From positions 1 to 64,000 of the forward strand of contig JBHLMQ010000012.1 of the NCBI GenBank assembly GCA_048938005.1: DNA of 64,000 nucleotides. The letters run 5' to 3'. Under the pieces are notes generated by a model. It saw nothing but the letters and a program-made list of their open reading frames with translations. It ran no database searches and was not told where the DNA came from. Shown in pieces: positions 30,471 through 41,431 of the stretch. The DNA is from Promethearchaeota archaeon (GTDB taxonomy: Archaea; Asgardarchaeota; Lokiarchaeia; Sigyniarchaeales; SOKP01). Numbering within the stretch: the stretch's first letter is position 1; every line of letters begins with the position of its first letter. A program made the position numbers and the translations under genes.

Positions 30471-31343
30471 ATGAAAGGAATTATATTAGCTGGTGGAAGT
30501 GGCTCAAGGCTTTATCCAATTACACATGCAATAAGTAAGCATCTAATTCCAATTTATGATAAACCGATGATATATTATCCCTTATCTGTCCTAATGCTTG
30601 CTGGTATTAGGGAAATTCTTATAATTTCAACACCGCAGCATGTAAATCTATATAAAACAATGTTAGGAGATGGTAGTAAGCTAGGTTTAAAATTTTTTTA
30701 TATGATTCAAACTAAACCTCGCGGGTTGCCGGATGCTTTTATTGTTGGAGAAGAATTTATAGCGGGTGAAAAAGTTGCTCTTATTCTTGGGGATAATCTT
30801 TTTTTTGGTCAAGGGTTCACACCAGTTTTAAATGAAGCATCCTCGTTAAAAGAAGGAGCAGTAATCTTTGGTTATTATGTTAATAATCCTAAAGAATTTG
30901 GTGTTGTTGAATTTGATAAAAATGGTCAAATTATCTCAATACATGAAAAACCATTAAAACCAAAATCTAATTATGCCATTCCTGGACTTTATTTTTGCGA
31001 TAATGACGTTGTAGATATGGCAAAGGCTTTAGAACACTCACCGAGAGGAGAGCTTGAGATAACTGATTTGCTTAATGGATACCTTAAAATGGAGAAATTG
31101 CGAGTAAAACTTTTAGGAAGAGGATTCGCTTGGCTTGACACGGGTACATATGACGGATTACTTGAGGCATCCAATTTTGTACGAACAATTCAGAAACGAC
31201 AAGGACTATATATTGCATGTATCGAGGAGATTGCATATAGGAAAAGATATATTACCCGACAAGATCTGAAAAAGATCGCAGATACCATGTTAAACACAGA
31301 TTATGGGAAATACCTAAATAACATTTCCCAAGAAGAACGATAA
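30471..31343 (+). CDS. rmlA: Glucose-1-phosphate thymidylyltransferase
   Basis: GIILAGGSGSRLYP, YDKPMIYYP, LGDN, RGELEITD, WLDTGT. Confidence 0.96.
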   Translation: MKGIILAGGSGSRLYPITHAISKHLIPIYDKPMIYYPLSVLMLAGIREILIISTPQHVNLYKTMLGDGSKLGLKFFYMIQTKPRGLPDAFIVGEEFIAGEKVALILGDNLFFGQGFTPVLNEASSLKEGAVIFGYYVNNPKEFGVVEFDKNGQIISIHEKPLKPKSNYAIPGLYFCDNDVVDMAKALEHSPRGELEITDLLNGYLKMEKLRVKLLGRGFAWLDTGTYDGLLEASNFVRTIQKRQGLYIACIEEIAYRKRYITRQDLKKIADTMLNTDYGKYLNNISQEER

Positions 31344-31737
31344 GTAAAATATCATTCCAAATTTTTCTGCCCAATCCAACCTGATTTAGGCAAAATTGAA
31401 GAAATATGAAATTATTATGTTTTAAGAGGCCTATAATACTTCTTATCTAAAATTGAAAAATTGTATTGTGACTTTGCCAAGATTTTTGAAAAGAGAAAAT
31501 GCATTATATAGAAGAATTCAAATATATTTAAGTGGAGGGAAGACATAAGAGAATAAAATATTCTGGAAAAACCTGAATCCAAAATAATATAACAAATGTT
31601 ATATACAATTTCCAATTATTTCTTTAATTTTAAATTTCAAGATTAATTTTATATTTCACATTAACCAAAATAATTTTTAATTTATGAGAAAAATGGAAAT
31701 TTTTTATATAAAAAATTTTAATGGGGATTTAGAATAG

Positions 31738-33345
31738 ATGGAAGAATTCTCGAGCTTTATCCGAAATACGAGAAATTTGATTATCGGAGAAATTATCAGT
31801 TTTGCATTATCCTTCGGGATTAATTTTTTCCTCATCAGATTCCTTTCAGTTAAGGATTATGGTAATTATAATTTAATCTTAACGGTTCCAGTGATCTTAT
31901 TATATATCGCGGATTTTGGCCTTTATCATGGTTGTTCATATTACGTTGCGCGGTTAGGCAAATTAAATAAGAAAGAGCAAGTACGAAATGTTATAAAGAT
32001 TACATTGGTCACTAAATCCCTAATAGGGATCGGTTTGGCTATGACTATTTATTTCCTTGCTGAGAAATTTGTTCCTCTTCTATTAGGAACACAAAACCAT
32101 GTACTAATTCCTCTTGTACAATTAGCCTCAATTCTTTTAGTGACTAAAAATTTATTGGAAGCAGTCAATTCCATTTTAATCGGCTCTATAAAAATGAATT
32201 TTTTCATCATATTGCTTGTAATTCAGAATGGTACAATATTTGTTATCACAATCTTTTTGGTACTGCTTGGTTGGAACCTTTTCGGTCCAGTCGTAGGATT
32301 AGTCATTGCAACTGGTATTGCAGGATTAATGGGACTCTTTTATATCCGGAAAAACCTTTTAAGGTATAATGGAAAAAAGCAAAGTATTGATTGGAAATGT
32401 CTGCCGAAAGTAGTGAAAAGAGGGTTCTCTTATTCCCTGATATCAGTAATACATAATGTTAGATATGAGGTTTTTATTATTTTTTTAGCAATATTTGGTT
32501 TTTATACTGAAGTTAGTTATCTCAAAGTTGGAGTTGGTATTTTCGCAATTTTCTACGTGATACTAAGACCTGTTATGATAAGTCTTTTCCCGATTTTCTC
32601 AAGGTATTCGTGGAAAATTCAAACAGAAAAAACTATTTTAAACCAAATTTTTCAATATTCCATTAAATTCTGCATTCTCTTCATTTCTCCATTGATAATA
32701 TTTTGCATAATTTTTGCTTCTGAGTTAGTTCCTTTGGTCTTTGGTTTGAATTACTTGGCTGGTAGCCAATTCATATCCGTATTTTTAATTTATTTTCTAC
32801 CACTCACTATTGGTATGGTGGCAGTACCATCTTTTTTTTTCAGTCAAGGTTACCAGAATCTCGCATTTTTAATAGAATTTTTTTCCTTTAGTGTAAGTAT
32901 CCTTTTAGGTATTTGTTTTTCACTCTTCTTAGGAGGAGGTTTTGGATTTGCAATAGGAATCCCTCTCGGTGCTATTTTGGGGCTTATATTTGGAATTTTG
33001 ATGACCAATCAAAAATTTGGGAAGGAGCTCTTTTCAAAAACTAAAGAATCAATTTTGATCATAGTTATTGCAGGATTATTATGTGGGCTTTTATTTGGCG
33101 GTTTTTATCTTTTCAACTTGATGATTGTGCTGGAGAACCCTATTCTCAAATTACTGATAATCGGTGGAATATTCGTTTGTTTCTACATTTTGCTCTTAAT
33201 TGTACTAATCCGGGTTAACCTTATTAGATACCAGGAAATATCTTATCTCATTCAGGAGTTCCAAAATATTCCCATTTTCAATAGGATCCTACATTTTATC
33301 TTTATTATTGGGAAAAAATTGTGGAAAAAAAAAGATGATTTTTAA
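31738..33345 (+). CDS. Wzx/MATE-like oligosaccharide flippase
   Basis: About 14 TM helices; RFLSVKDYG, ADFGL, LFPIFS; located in the glycan cluster. Confidence 0.85.
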   Translation: MEEFSSFIRNTRNLIIGEIISFALSFGINFFLIRFLSVKDYGNYNLILTVPVILLYIADFGLYHGCSYYVARLGKLNKKEQVRNVIKITLVTKSLIGIGLAMTIYFLAEKFVPLLLGTQNHVLIPLVQLASILLVTKNLLEAVNSILIGSIKMNFFIILLVIQNGTIFVITIFLVLLGWNLFGPVVGLVIATGIAGLMGLFYIRKNLLRYNGKKQSIDWKCLPKVVKRGFSYSLISVIHNVRYEVFIIFLAIFGFYTEVSYLKVGVGIFAIFYVILRPVMISLFPIFSRYSWKIQTEKTILNQIFQYSIKFCILFISPLIIFCIIFASELVPLVFGLNYLAGSQFISVFLIYFLPLTIGMVAVPSFFFSQGYQNLAFLIEFFSFSVSILLGICFSLFLGGGFGFAIGIPLGAILGLIFGILMTNQKFGKELFSKTKESILIIVIAGLLCGLLFGGFYLFNLMIVLENPILKLLIIGGIFVCFYILLLIVLIRVNLIRYQEISYLIQEFQNIPIFNRILHFIFIIGKKLWKKKDDF

Positions 33346-33540
33346 ACTTTAATAAAATATAAAGTCCAGAAAAAGAAATTATTTTTTCAGATGTTGATTT
33401 TTTGTTCTTAAGGATGTTCTTTACTTGAATATGATAACTTTTTTAGTGCAGATTCATTGTTAAAATTTGGGATTTTATCATAAAACTATATTTAAAGCGA
33501 TATTAATCAAAAAAATTAAAATTAACTTTTAAATGGCATT

Positions 33541-34563
33541 ATGAAAGTTTGTCTTGTTACTGGTGGGATGGGATTTATCGGAAGTAATTTTATAAGATAT
33601 GTACTTGAATCTTATAACGATTTAAAAATTATTAATGTAGATAAATTAACTTATGCGGGAAATCCTGAAAATTTAAAAGATATTGATAAAAAGTATCCTA
33701 ACAAATATGAATTCTATAAAATTGATATATGTGAATTTAACGCTGTTGATGAGATAATTCTTAAGAATGATATAGATTATATCATAAATTTTGCTGCAGA
33801 ATCTCATGTTGATCGTTCAATTAATAATCCAACTTTGTTTTGTGATGCCAATATTTCTGGTACAATTAGTTTATTAAACTCTGCTAAAAAAAATAAAATC
33901 AAAAAATATCTTCAAATATCTACAGACGAGGTTTATGGGTCTTTAAGCTTCAGTGACGCTCCTTGTGACGAGAATCATAAATTGCTTCCTAACAGCCCTT
34001 ATTCCGCAAGCAAAGCCTCTGCTGATCTTTTAGTAAGGGCATACCACAAGAGTTTTAATCTTCCTGTAAATATAACTCGGTGTTCTAATAACTATGGACC
34101 TTATCAATTTCCTGAAAAATTAATACCATTAATGATTAATAATGCACTAAACAACAAAGAACTACCCGTTTATGGTAAAGGAATAAATGTGAGAGATTGG
34201 ATTTATGTAAAAGATCATTGCAAAGCTATTTTAAAAGTATTATTAGAAGGAAGAATTGGGGAGATTTATAATATAGGAGGAGACTCAGAGATTCCTAATA
34301 TTGAATTAGTAGAACTATTGTTGAAACTTCTAGATAAACCCAAATCATTAATAACATTTGTTAAAGATAGACCTGGTCATGATTTAAGATACGCAATAAA
34401 TCACAATAAAATAACAAAAGAATTAAATTGGAGACCTGAAGTAGATTTTGAAAAAGGATTAAAAATGACTGTTGATTGGTATATTTCTAATAAAAATTGG
34501 TTAGAAAATGTGACAACTAAAGAGTATTTAAAGTTTTATGAGAAACAATATAAATATAGATAA
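33541..34563 (+). CDS. rmlB: dTDP-glucose 4,6-dehydratase
   Basis: GGMGFIG, DKLTYAGN, AAESHVDRS, STDEVYG, YSASK, DRPGHD. Confidence 0.96.
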   Translation: MKVCLVTGGMGFIGSNFIRYVLESYNDLKIINVDKLTYAGNPENLKDIDKKYPNKYEFYKIDICEFNAVDEIILKNDIDYIINFAAESHVDRSINNPTLFCDANISGTISLLNSAKKNKIKKYLQISTDEVYGSLSFSDAPCDENHKLLPNSPYSASKASADLLVRAYHKSFNLPVNITRCSNNYGPYQFPEKLIPLMINNALNNKELPVYGKGINVRDWIYVKDHCKAILKVLLEGRIGEIYNIGGDSEIPNIELVELLLKLLDKPKSLITFVKDRPGHDLRYAINHNKITKELNWRPEVDFEKGLKMTVDWYISNKNWLENVTTKEYLKFYEKQYKYR

Positions 34564-34655
34564 TTGTAAAATGAAAATATTAATAATAGGCATAATTTGA
34601 TTTTTTTATGTACTTCTGTTTGATAATTTAAGCTCCCCTGTAATGATATTAATAT

Positions 34656-36941
34656 TTAAATAACCCAATAATACGGAGTACTCCTTCCATCTTCACTTTT
34701 TGAAACACAGATTCTATTTAAATAAGTTAAATTATAATACATTTCAATCTCTTCATCGGTTAAATAACCAATTAATTCTGAACCTGATACTAAAAGATAA
34801 CTATCGGTTACTATTAAGAAAACATCCTTTCCTGAATCATTTTTTAATTCAACAAGGATATTTGTTCCATTTTGTATATGTAGCCTAGGATTTAGATAGT
34901 CTTCTGAAACTGTAAGAAAAAGTATAATGGAAGTAAGTGGGCGAGATGCATTATTTTCATCAAAAGGATAATCATAATAAATAAAAATGGGACCCCATCC
35001 AAATTCTGCTATTATAACATTTTGATTAGAAGTATAGTTAGAATACCATTGAACAGTGCTTACCTCTCGTCTTTTTAAACTATAAAATTCAATTGAGGAT
35101 TGAGCTTCGAAATAAGTAGCAAATAAAGAGAAAGTTATTATAAATATCATAAAAAATTTTAATTTTATTTTCTGTATTGAGTTGGCTTTAACTAATTTAT
35201 AGAAATACGATACAAATCCAATAGCAATTAATATAGATGATAAATAAAATATTCTAGAAAAAAAAGTAAATGAGCCTGTAATGAAATCAAATAAAAAACC
35301 AGCAATTAAAATAATTCCTAATGCAAATCCCCATAATAACAATGGTTTTCCCCTTGGTTTGTATTGGAGTATCCATAATCCCCAAATTGCAAACGCGCAT
35401 ATAATTAATATTTCAAATCCAGTAAAAACTACTACAAGGCTAAATTTAAACAACAATATATTAGTAATCGCGAAGATGAATGTAAATATTATACCAAAAG
35501 TAAAAATGAGAGGAAAAAGTAATTTTTCTTCTATTTTTTTTAATATTTTATGTTTTTTCCCTTTAATAATTAAAGAATATCTACCCCTCTCAAAGCTCAT
35601 TGACTTACGATAATGTAAAAGTACGAATCCTTCCAATATTCCAAATATTATTACCCCAAATAAAATATAGTACCATGATATGGTGGTTAATCTATTAAAA
35701 ACAATGAAATGTCCAGTACTAATATTTAAAAAATAAAAGATAAAAAAGATACATAAACAACCACATAATAAAATAAAATCATTACCTCTCCTATAACTTT
35801 TAAAAAAATAAATTAAATAAACCCATAAGAAAGAAATTAAAAAAATCATAGCGATTAATGAATGAACCAAGAGACAACTAATAAAAATTATGATAAATAA
35901 AAAATATGTAAAAAACATGCCAGAGAAAATCTGCTCCTTACTTGGTTCTTTTTCTTTAATTAAACTTTGCAATCTTATATATAAAAGAAAAAATAATGTT
36001 ATTCCTTGAATTAAGGCTAAACTAGAAGGCCAAAACTGAGACATCATACTTAAGAATCCTAATGATGAAAAAACTAAAATATAAATCCCAAATATTGCTA
36101 AATTCTTATTTCTAAAAATCCTCATAAAGAGATTATATATAATTATAGAAGATAATGGAAACGTATAAAAAACAAAAAATTTGGGAATTAAAAAAATATC
36201 TATTCCTGAAAAAAAATGGAATATAGCCCCAAAAATGTGGAATCCAAAGGTGCCGAAATAATCAGTTAAAGGCAAATAATTTATATCTGTTATAAATTTA
36301 ATAATTGAAATATGCATCCAAGGGTCTGTTCCTATAAATATACTAGTCCCAAAAATTCCTAAGATACAAACCAAAAAAATAAAAATACTTAATAAAACAG
36401 AGGTTGAAAATCTAAACTTTTTAATAGAATTTAAAATAGAAAAATTCTCAATAAAATTATTTTTATAATCAGAAGTAAATTTTAATTCAATTATATTAAA
36501 TTTTCCTTTCTTCAAATCAATAATAAAAATCCATAAAATAATTAATAAGTAAGTTATCAACAAAATAAAGAAGAAAAACAATCCAGTTAAAGCAAATCCT
36601 AAATAAAAGCCAAAAATTCCAACAAGTATATAAAAGGATAAATTAGCTACAAAGGTAATAGCTAATCGTTCTAAAAAATTCAATTTTTTTTTTTTAAATA
36701 TAATAAAAACAATCGGATAAAGAGGTAAAAATAAGAGTGTAAACCCTGTACTTATATAAACAATTAAATGAAAAAACCAATCTAAAAAAATAATTTGCGA
36801 TAAACCAGAAACTATATTAAAATTTATAATTCTGAGAAATATAAATATTAAGGATATTATAGAGATTAATATTATAAATAGATGAATCCTTATTTTTATG
36901 AAAAAAATTATAGTATTAAATTTCAAATTTTGAATTTTCAT
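34656..36941 (-). CDS. Polytopic membrane protein, possibly GT-C-fold glycosyltransferase
   Basis: More than 15 hydrophobic helices, loop motif GTDPWMH, soluble C-terminal domain; inside the glycan cluster. Confidence 0.55.
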   Translation of the reverse strand: MKIQNLKFNTIIFFIKIRIHLFIILISIISLIFIFLRIINFNIVSGLSQIIFLDWFFHLIVYISTGFTLLFLPLYPIVFIIFKKKKLNFLERLAITFVANLSFYILVGIFGFYLGFALTGLFFFFILLITYLLIILWIFIIDLKKGKFNIIELKFTSDYKNNFIENFSILNSIKKFRFSTSVLLSIFIFLVCILGIFGTSIFIGTDPWMHISIIKFITDINYLPLTDYFGTFGFHIFGAIFHFFSGIDIFLIPKFFVFYTFPLSSIIIYNLFMRIFRNKNLAIFGIYILVFSSLGFLSMMSQFWPSSLALIQGITLFFLLYIRLQSLIKEKEPSKEQIFSGMFFTYFLFIIIFISCLLVHSLIAMIFLISFLWVYLIYFFKSYRRGNDFILLCGCLCIFFIFYFLNISTGHFIVFNRLTTISWYYILFGVIIFGILEGFVLLHYRKSMSFERGRYSLIIKGKKHKILKKIEEKLLFPLIFTFGIIFTFIFAITNILLFKFSLVVVFTGFEILIICAFAIWGLWILQYKPRGKPLLLWGFALGIILIAGFLFDFITGSFTFFSRIFYLSSILIAIGFVSYFYKLVKANSIQKIKLKFFMIFIITFSLFATYFEAQSSIEFYSLKRREVSTVQWYSNYTSNQNVIIAEFGWGPIFIYYDYPFDENNASRPLTSIILFLTVSEDYLNPRLHIQNGTNILVELKNDSGKDVFLIVTDSYLLVSGSELIGYLTDEEIEMYYNLTYLNRICVSKSEDGRSTPYYWVI

Positions 36942-37306
36942 TATAATAAAATATTTTACTTAATTTTTAAATCAATTTTATAATTATTGCAATACCAATT
37001 TAAATAATCCTTTAGATCTTGCTCTTGATTATACTCGAGCTCGAATTTAATTAGATCTTTTGCTTTAGATATATCTAAAGTTTTTTTATTTTCAAAAGAC
37101 AAAATCAAACAAATAAAATTATTTAAGTCATTATTAAAATTTGATGAATATTACATTTATTTTTTTATTTAATTAATATTAATTGTATTCGATTTTGAAA
37201 TAATAAAAATACATTAAATAAATAAAATTATTAAAAGATTTAATTTAGGTATCAATATTTTTCATTAAAAAAAAATTTATGATAATTTGAAATTTTTTCC
37301 TAAGTT

Positions 37307-38278
37307 ATGATTAAAAATAAAACCATTATAATAACGGGCGCTGCTGGTTTTATAGGGACTCATTTGACAGAATTATTATTGAAAAATAATAATTTTTTGT
37401 TATTAATTGACAACTTTAATGATTATTATTCAGGTAAAGAAGAACAGTTAAAAGAAATAACAAAAAATTATCAGAATAAAAAAGATTTTATTCTATTTAG
37501 AGAAGATCTTACAAATAAATCCTTGTACAAAAACATGGAATATGAAATTGATTATATTTTCCATCTTGCTGCTCAAGCAGGCGTAAGATACTCGATTATG
37601 CATGCTACTGAAGTTAGTAAAAACAATATTATAAGCACCATTAACATATTCGAATATGCTCTTAAAATAAAGACAATTGAAAAAATTGTTTATGCATCAT
37701 CTTCATCAGTATATGGGAATCCTATTTATACTCCTGTTGATGAAGATCATCCAAAAAATCCTATTTCACCATATGCAATATCAAAATTATGTGGAGAAAT
37801 CTATGCAAATTATTATTATCAAGAATATAATTTACCAATTACCTCATTAAGATTCTATAGTGTTTATGGACCAAGGGGTAGACCAGACATGGCTATAAGA
37901 AAATTTTTTAATCTAATGTTTAAAAATAAAGAAATATCAATATATGGAACCGGTGAACAAATTAGAGATTTCACTTATATCTCAGACATTATAAATGGAT
38001 TAATATTAGCTTGTGAAAGAGATGCATCTAATGGAGAAATTTTTAATTTAGGGTGTTCAAATCCCATAAGTATTAATGATTTAGTAAATAAAATGTACAA
38101 AATAACAAATAAACAAAGAAAAATTAATTATATCGATAAACAACAAGGAGATGTTGATATTACCCATTCAAATATAAATAAGGCAAAAAATCTTTTAAAC
38201 TACACTCCAAAAATTGGAATAGATGAAGGATTATTATCTCAATATCAATGGCAGATTAAAATTTTATCAAAAAATTGA
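37307..38278 (+). CDS. NAD-dependent epimerase (UDP-glucuronate 4-epimerase-like)
   Basis: GAAGFIG, HLAAQAGVRYS, ASSSSVYG, YAISK, YGPRGRPDMA. Confidence 0.88.
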   Translation: MIKNKTIIITGAAGFIGTHLTELLLKNNNFLLLIDNFNDYYSGKEEQLKEITKNYQNKKDFILFREDLTNKSLYKNMEYEIDYIFHLAAQAGVRYSIMHATEVSKNNIISTINIFEYALKIKTIEKIVYASSSSVYGNPIYTPVDEDHPKNPISPYAISKLCGEIYANYYYQEYNLPITSLRFYSVYGPRGRPDMAIRKFFNLMFKNKEISIYGTGEQIRDFTYISDIINGLILACERDASNGEIFNLGCSNPISINDLVNKMYKITNKQRKINYIDKQQGDVDITHSNINKAKNLLNYTPKIGIDEGLLSQYQWQIKILSKN

Positions 38279-38480
38279 AAAATCTTTACATACTTACCAC
38301 TTTAAAAAAATCTTTAACATTTCTTTTCAAATTAAGCGAAAATCAACTTTTTAATTTTATATATCTTACAAATTTAATAATTAAATAAATTTTAAATTGA
38401 ATAATATTAATATTAATCCCAATAAAATTCCAAAAAACTTAACTTGAAAAAGTAGAGAACTAATAAAAGGAGCCTTATTT

Positions 38481-39338
38481 TTGAAAACTTTAAGTTCAAA
38501 GAGGAAAACAAAAACCTTAAAAAATAGATCTGAAACAAAAGATGGTAATACAAAATACTTATATCAAGATTTATACGATTACATCAAAAATTTCAAAACT
38601 AAAGAAGGTCAGATCCTTATCTCAATTATTTTACCTATGTATAATGAAGAAAAGACAATAAAAGTAGTTTTAGAGGAATTACCATATAATAACTCTATAG
38701 AGATTATCGTTGTTAATGATCATTCAACTGATAACAGTTTAAAAGAAATTGAAAAAGTTAAATTAAAAAGAGCGATTAAGGTAATAAATCATAAAAGAAA
38801 TCGGGGTTATGGAGATGCGATAGTTTCAGGAATTTCACATGCGAATGGTAATATTATTGTAACTATGGATTCAGATGGTCAACACAGTTCTGATGATATC
38901 TTTTTTTTAGTAAAACCAATATTCGATGGGGAAGCGGATTATACAATAGGTTCAAGGTATAAAGGAACTTACTTTTATAAATTACCTGTGTTAACTAGAT
39001 TAGGAGAAGTACTAGTAGAAAAATTAATACAAATATTTTTTGGTAAAAGAGTAATGAATAATCAGACGGGATTCCGCGCTTTTAGTAGAAAAGTTCTTCC
39101 TATTTTTGATAATATCAAATATCATAGATATGCTTTTTGTACAGAACAAATTTTAAAAGTTTCATTATCGGGATTTAAGATAAAAGAATGCCCAATCAAA
39201 GTTTATAGACGTGAATATGGATCCTCAAGTATTATATTAACAACATTAGCTAGAAGAATTTTTTCTTGTTTATTTTATTATTATATTCAAAAATTGAAAT
39301 TAATGATGAAAAAAAGAAATAAAAATCGAAAATTTTGA
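38481..39338 (+). CDS. GT2 glycosyltransferase (DPM1/polyprenol-phosphate hexosyltransferase-like)
   Basis: PMYNEE, NDHSTD, NRGYG, MDSDGQH, GSR, GFRAF. Confidence 0.88.
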   Translation: MKTLSSKRKTKTLKNRSETKDGNTKYLYQDLYDYIKNFKTKEGQILISIILPMYNEEKTIKVVLEELPYNNSIEIIVVNDHSTDNSLKEIEKVKLKRAIKVINHKRNRGYGDAIVSGISHANGNIIVTMDSDGQHSSDDIFFLVKPIFDGEADYTIGSRYKGTYFYKLPVLTRLGEVLVEKLIQIFFGKRVMNNQTGFRAFSRKVLPIFDNIKYHRYAFCTEQILKVSLSGFKIKECPIKVYRREYGSSSIILTTLARRIFSCLFYYYIQKLKLMMKKRNKNRKF

Positions 39339-39437
39339 AATCCTAAAATTATATATACAATTTTAATTTGAAACTTTTAAAAATCAATTATTAATAAAAA
39401 CAAAAAATTTTTGATATTTTAGTACTTCTAAGATACT

Positions 39438-40508
39438 ATGAGAAAAATTATTACGTGTATCGGAATTCGACCAGATATTATTCGTCTTTCCCAGATTATA
39501 AAAAAATTAGATTTCTATTTTGAGAACATCATTGTTGATAGTGGACAACATTATGATTATAACTTAAATAAAATTTTTTATGATCAGCTCGGAGTTCGCA
39601 TCCCTGAATACAATTTAAATATAAAAAGTGGTACTCATGCTTCTCAAGTGGCCAAATTAATGATTGAGTTCGAAAATACTTTATTCAAGGAAAAACCATA
39701 TTTTGTTGTAGTTTTAGGTGATAATAATAGTAGTTTGGGTTTTGCTTTAGCTACTTCTAAATTAAATATTCCATTAGTCCATATCGAAGCCGGAATGCGA
39801 AGTAAAAACTGGTCAATGCCTGAAGAAAAAAATCGTGTTATCATTGATCATCTAGCAGATTTGAATCTCTGTTATTTACCCGAACATAAAGAAAATTTAT
39901 TAAAAGAAGGGATAAATCCTCGGCGATGTTGGGTAGTAGGGAATCCCATTATAGAAGTTGTTCATGCCGTAAAAACAGATTTTAAACAAGATTCTCCGTT
40001 TTATTTGGTGACTTGTCATCGTGCAGAAAATACTGAAAATGAGAAAAATCTAAGGACAATCATAACTTTTCTTGGAGAGCTTTATAAAAAAAAAAATATT
40101 GAGATAAAGTATATTTTAATGCCTAAAACAAAGCATATGATGGAAAAATATGATTTAAAATTTCCAGAGGGTGTTAATTCAATCCCCCCACAAGGATTTT
40201 TAGAATTTTTAGGAATGGAGAAAGAAGCAGAATTAGTGATTTCTGATAGTGGAACCGTTGTTGAAGAATGTGCTATTTTAGGAACTCCTTGCATGACAAT
40301 ACGGGAAAGTACTGAAAGAATAGATTTGATTGAACTTGGTGTAAATGTTCTAGCGGGTATTGATATTAATCAGATGCTTGATTCAGCAGAATTAGCATTA
40401 TCTCGCAAGATTGAACCAGTATCTCACTATGGCAAAAATATCTCAGATAAGATCTGTAACATATTAATAGGAAATTCTTTGAATTTCTATAAAAATCTTG
40501 AGAGATAA
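39438..40508 (+). CDS. UDP-N-acetylhexosamine 2-epimerase (WbjD/FnlC-like)
   Basis: GIRPDIIRLS, GQHYD, HIEAG, PEEKNR, SDSGTVVEE. Confidence 0.88.
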   Translation: MRKIITCIGIRPDIIRLSQIIKKLDFYFENIIVDSGQHYDYNLNKIFYDQLGVRIPEYNLNIKSGTHASQVAKLMIEFENTLFKEKPYFVVVLGDNNSSLGFALATSKLNIPLVHIEAGMRSKNWSMPEEKNRVIIDHLADLNLCYLPEHKENLLKEGINPRRCWVVGNPIIEVVHAVKTDFKQDSPFYLVTCHRAENTENEKNLRTIITFLGELYKKKNIEIKYILMPKTKHMMEKYDLKFPEGVNSIPPQGFLEFLGMEKEAELVISDSGTVVEECAILGTPCMTIRESTERIDLIELGVNVLAGIDINQMLDSAELALSRKIEPVSHYGKNISDKICNILIGNSLNFYKNLER

Positions 40509-40534
40509 TTTCTTTAGAAATTATTGAATAATTG

Positions 40535-41431
40535 TTAGGATAAGTCCCTGTTTATTATATAATTTTTAAGTTCTAAGATGACTGTTTTCATATCTTTTTT
40601 TTCTATGATTTTTTCTAGATTAGAATATTTTGTAGAAAGCGATCGATCTATTTTTTCTTCTGGTTTATTAACTCTATTGATTTTTAAGTTCTTTTCAAAT
40701 ATATCATTGAAGATATGCATTAATTGATATTTATTGACTGTATTGTTTGGTATGTAATGATGTATGTAGGATATTTGTAATAATTGATTATAAATATTAG
40801 ATGATATTATCTGTTCACATAATTGAGCGAATTGAAGTGTAGTTACCCCATTCCATATATGGTGCTCAAAACCTCCGATAGTACCTCCTTTAGGTTGACT
40901 TAAAAACCATTCAAGTAAGAAATTTGTTCCTTTTTTGAATTCAGGACCAATTATAGAGCATCTTATTATTAACATTGAACCATCAAATACTTCACCAAGA
41001 CTTTTTGATTTCCCATAAACATCTAACGGATCATGTGGATCGGTTTCAATATATTTACCTCTTTTACCAGAATATACACAATCGGTACCAATCTGAATTA
41101 ATTTAATATTATGTTTTTTAGCATAACTAGCTAATTTCCATGGAAAATCTGAATTTATAAGGATTGCTCTTTTAACTCCTTCAGGATCATCATCTTTGGA
41201 GAAAGGTTTAGTAATCCCTATACAATTAATAATGTAATCTAATTTTAGATCAAGAAATTGTTGGTCTTCTAACTGAGAAATTTCATAAGCATCAAAAAGA
41301 AACATTTTATCTTTTAAAAAATTAGAATTTCTCACAGTTCCATAAACTTTAAAATTAGGATTTTTCGAAAGGTAATCAAAAACCATTGAACCTAACATTC
41401 CGCTAACACCTAGAACTAAAATGCCTGTAAT
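40535..41431 (-). CDS. RmlD-like NDP-4-keto-6-deoxyhexose reductase; start extended to a probable ATT at 41431
   Basis: ILVLGVSGMLG Rossmann motif begins upstream of the track's ATG (41398); INCIG, TDCVYSG, YGKSK. Confidence 0.82.
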   Translation of the reverse strand: MTGILVLGVSGMLGSMVFDYLSKNPNFKVYGTVRNSNFLKDKMFLFDAYEISQLEDQQFLDLKLDYIINCIGITKPFSKDDDPEGVKRAILINSDFPWKLASYAKKHNIKLIQIGTDCVYSGKRGKYIETDPHDPLDVYGKSKSLGEVFDGSMLIIRCSIIGPEFKKGTNFLLEWFLSQPKGGTIGGFEHHIWNGVTTLQFAQLCEQIISSNIYNQLLQISYIHHYIPNNTVNKYQLMHIFNDIFEKNLKINRVNKPEEKIDRSLSTKYSNLEKIIEKKDMKTVILELKNYIINRDLS

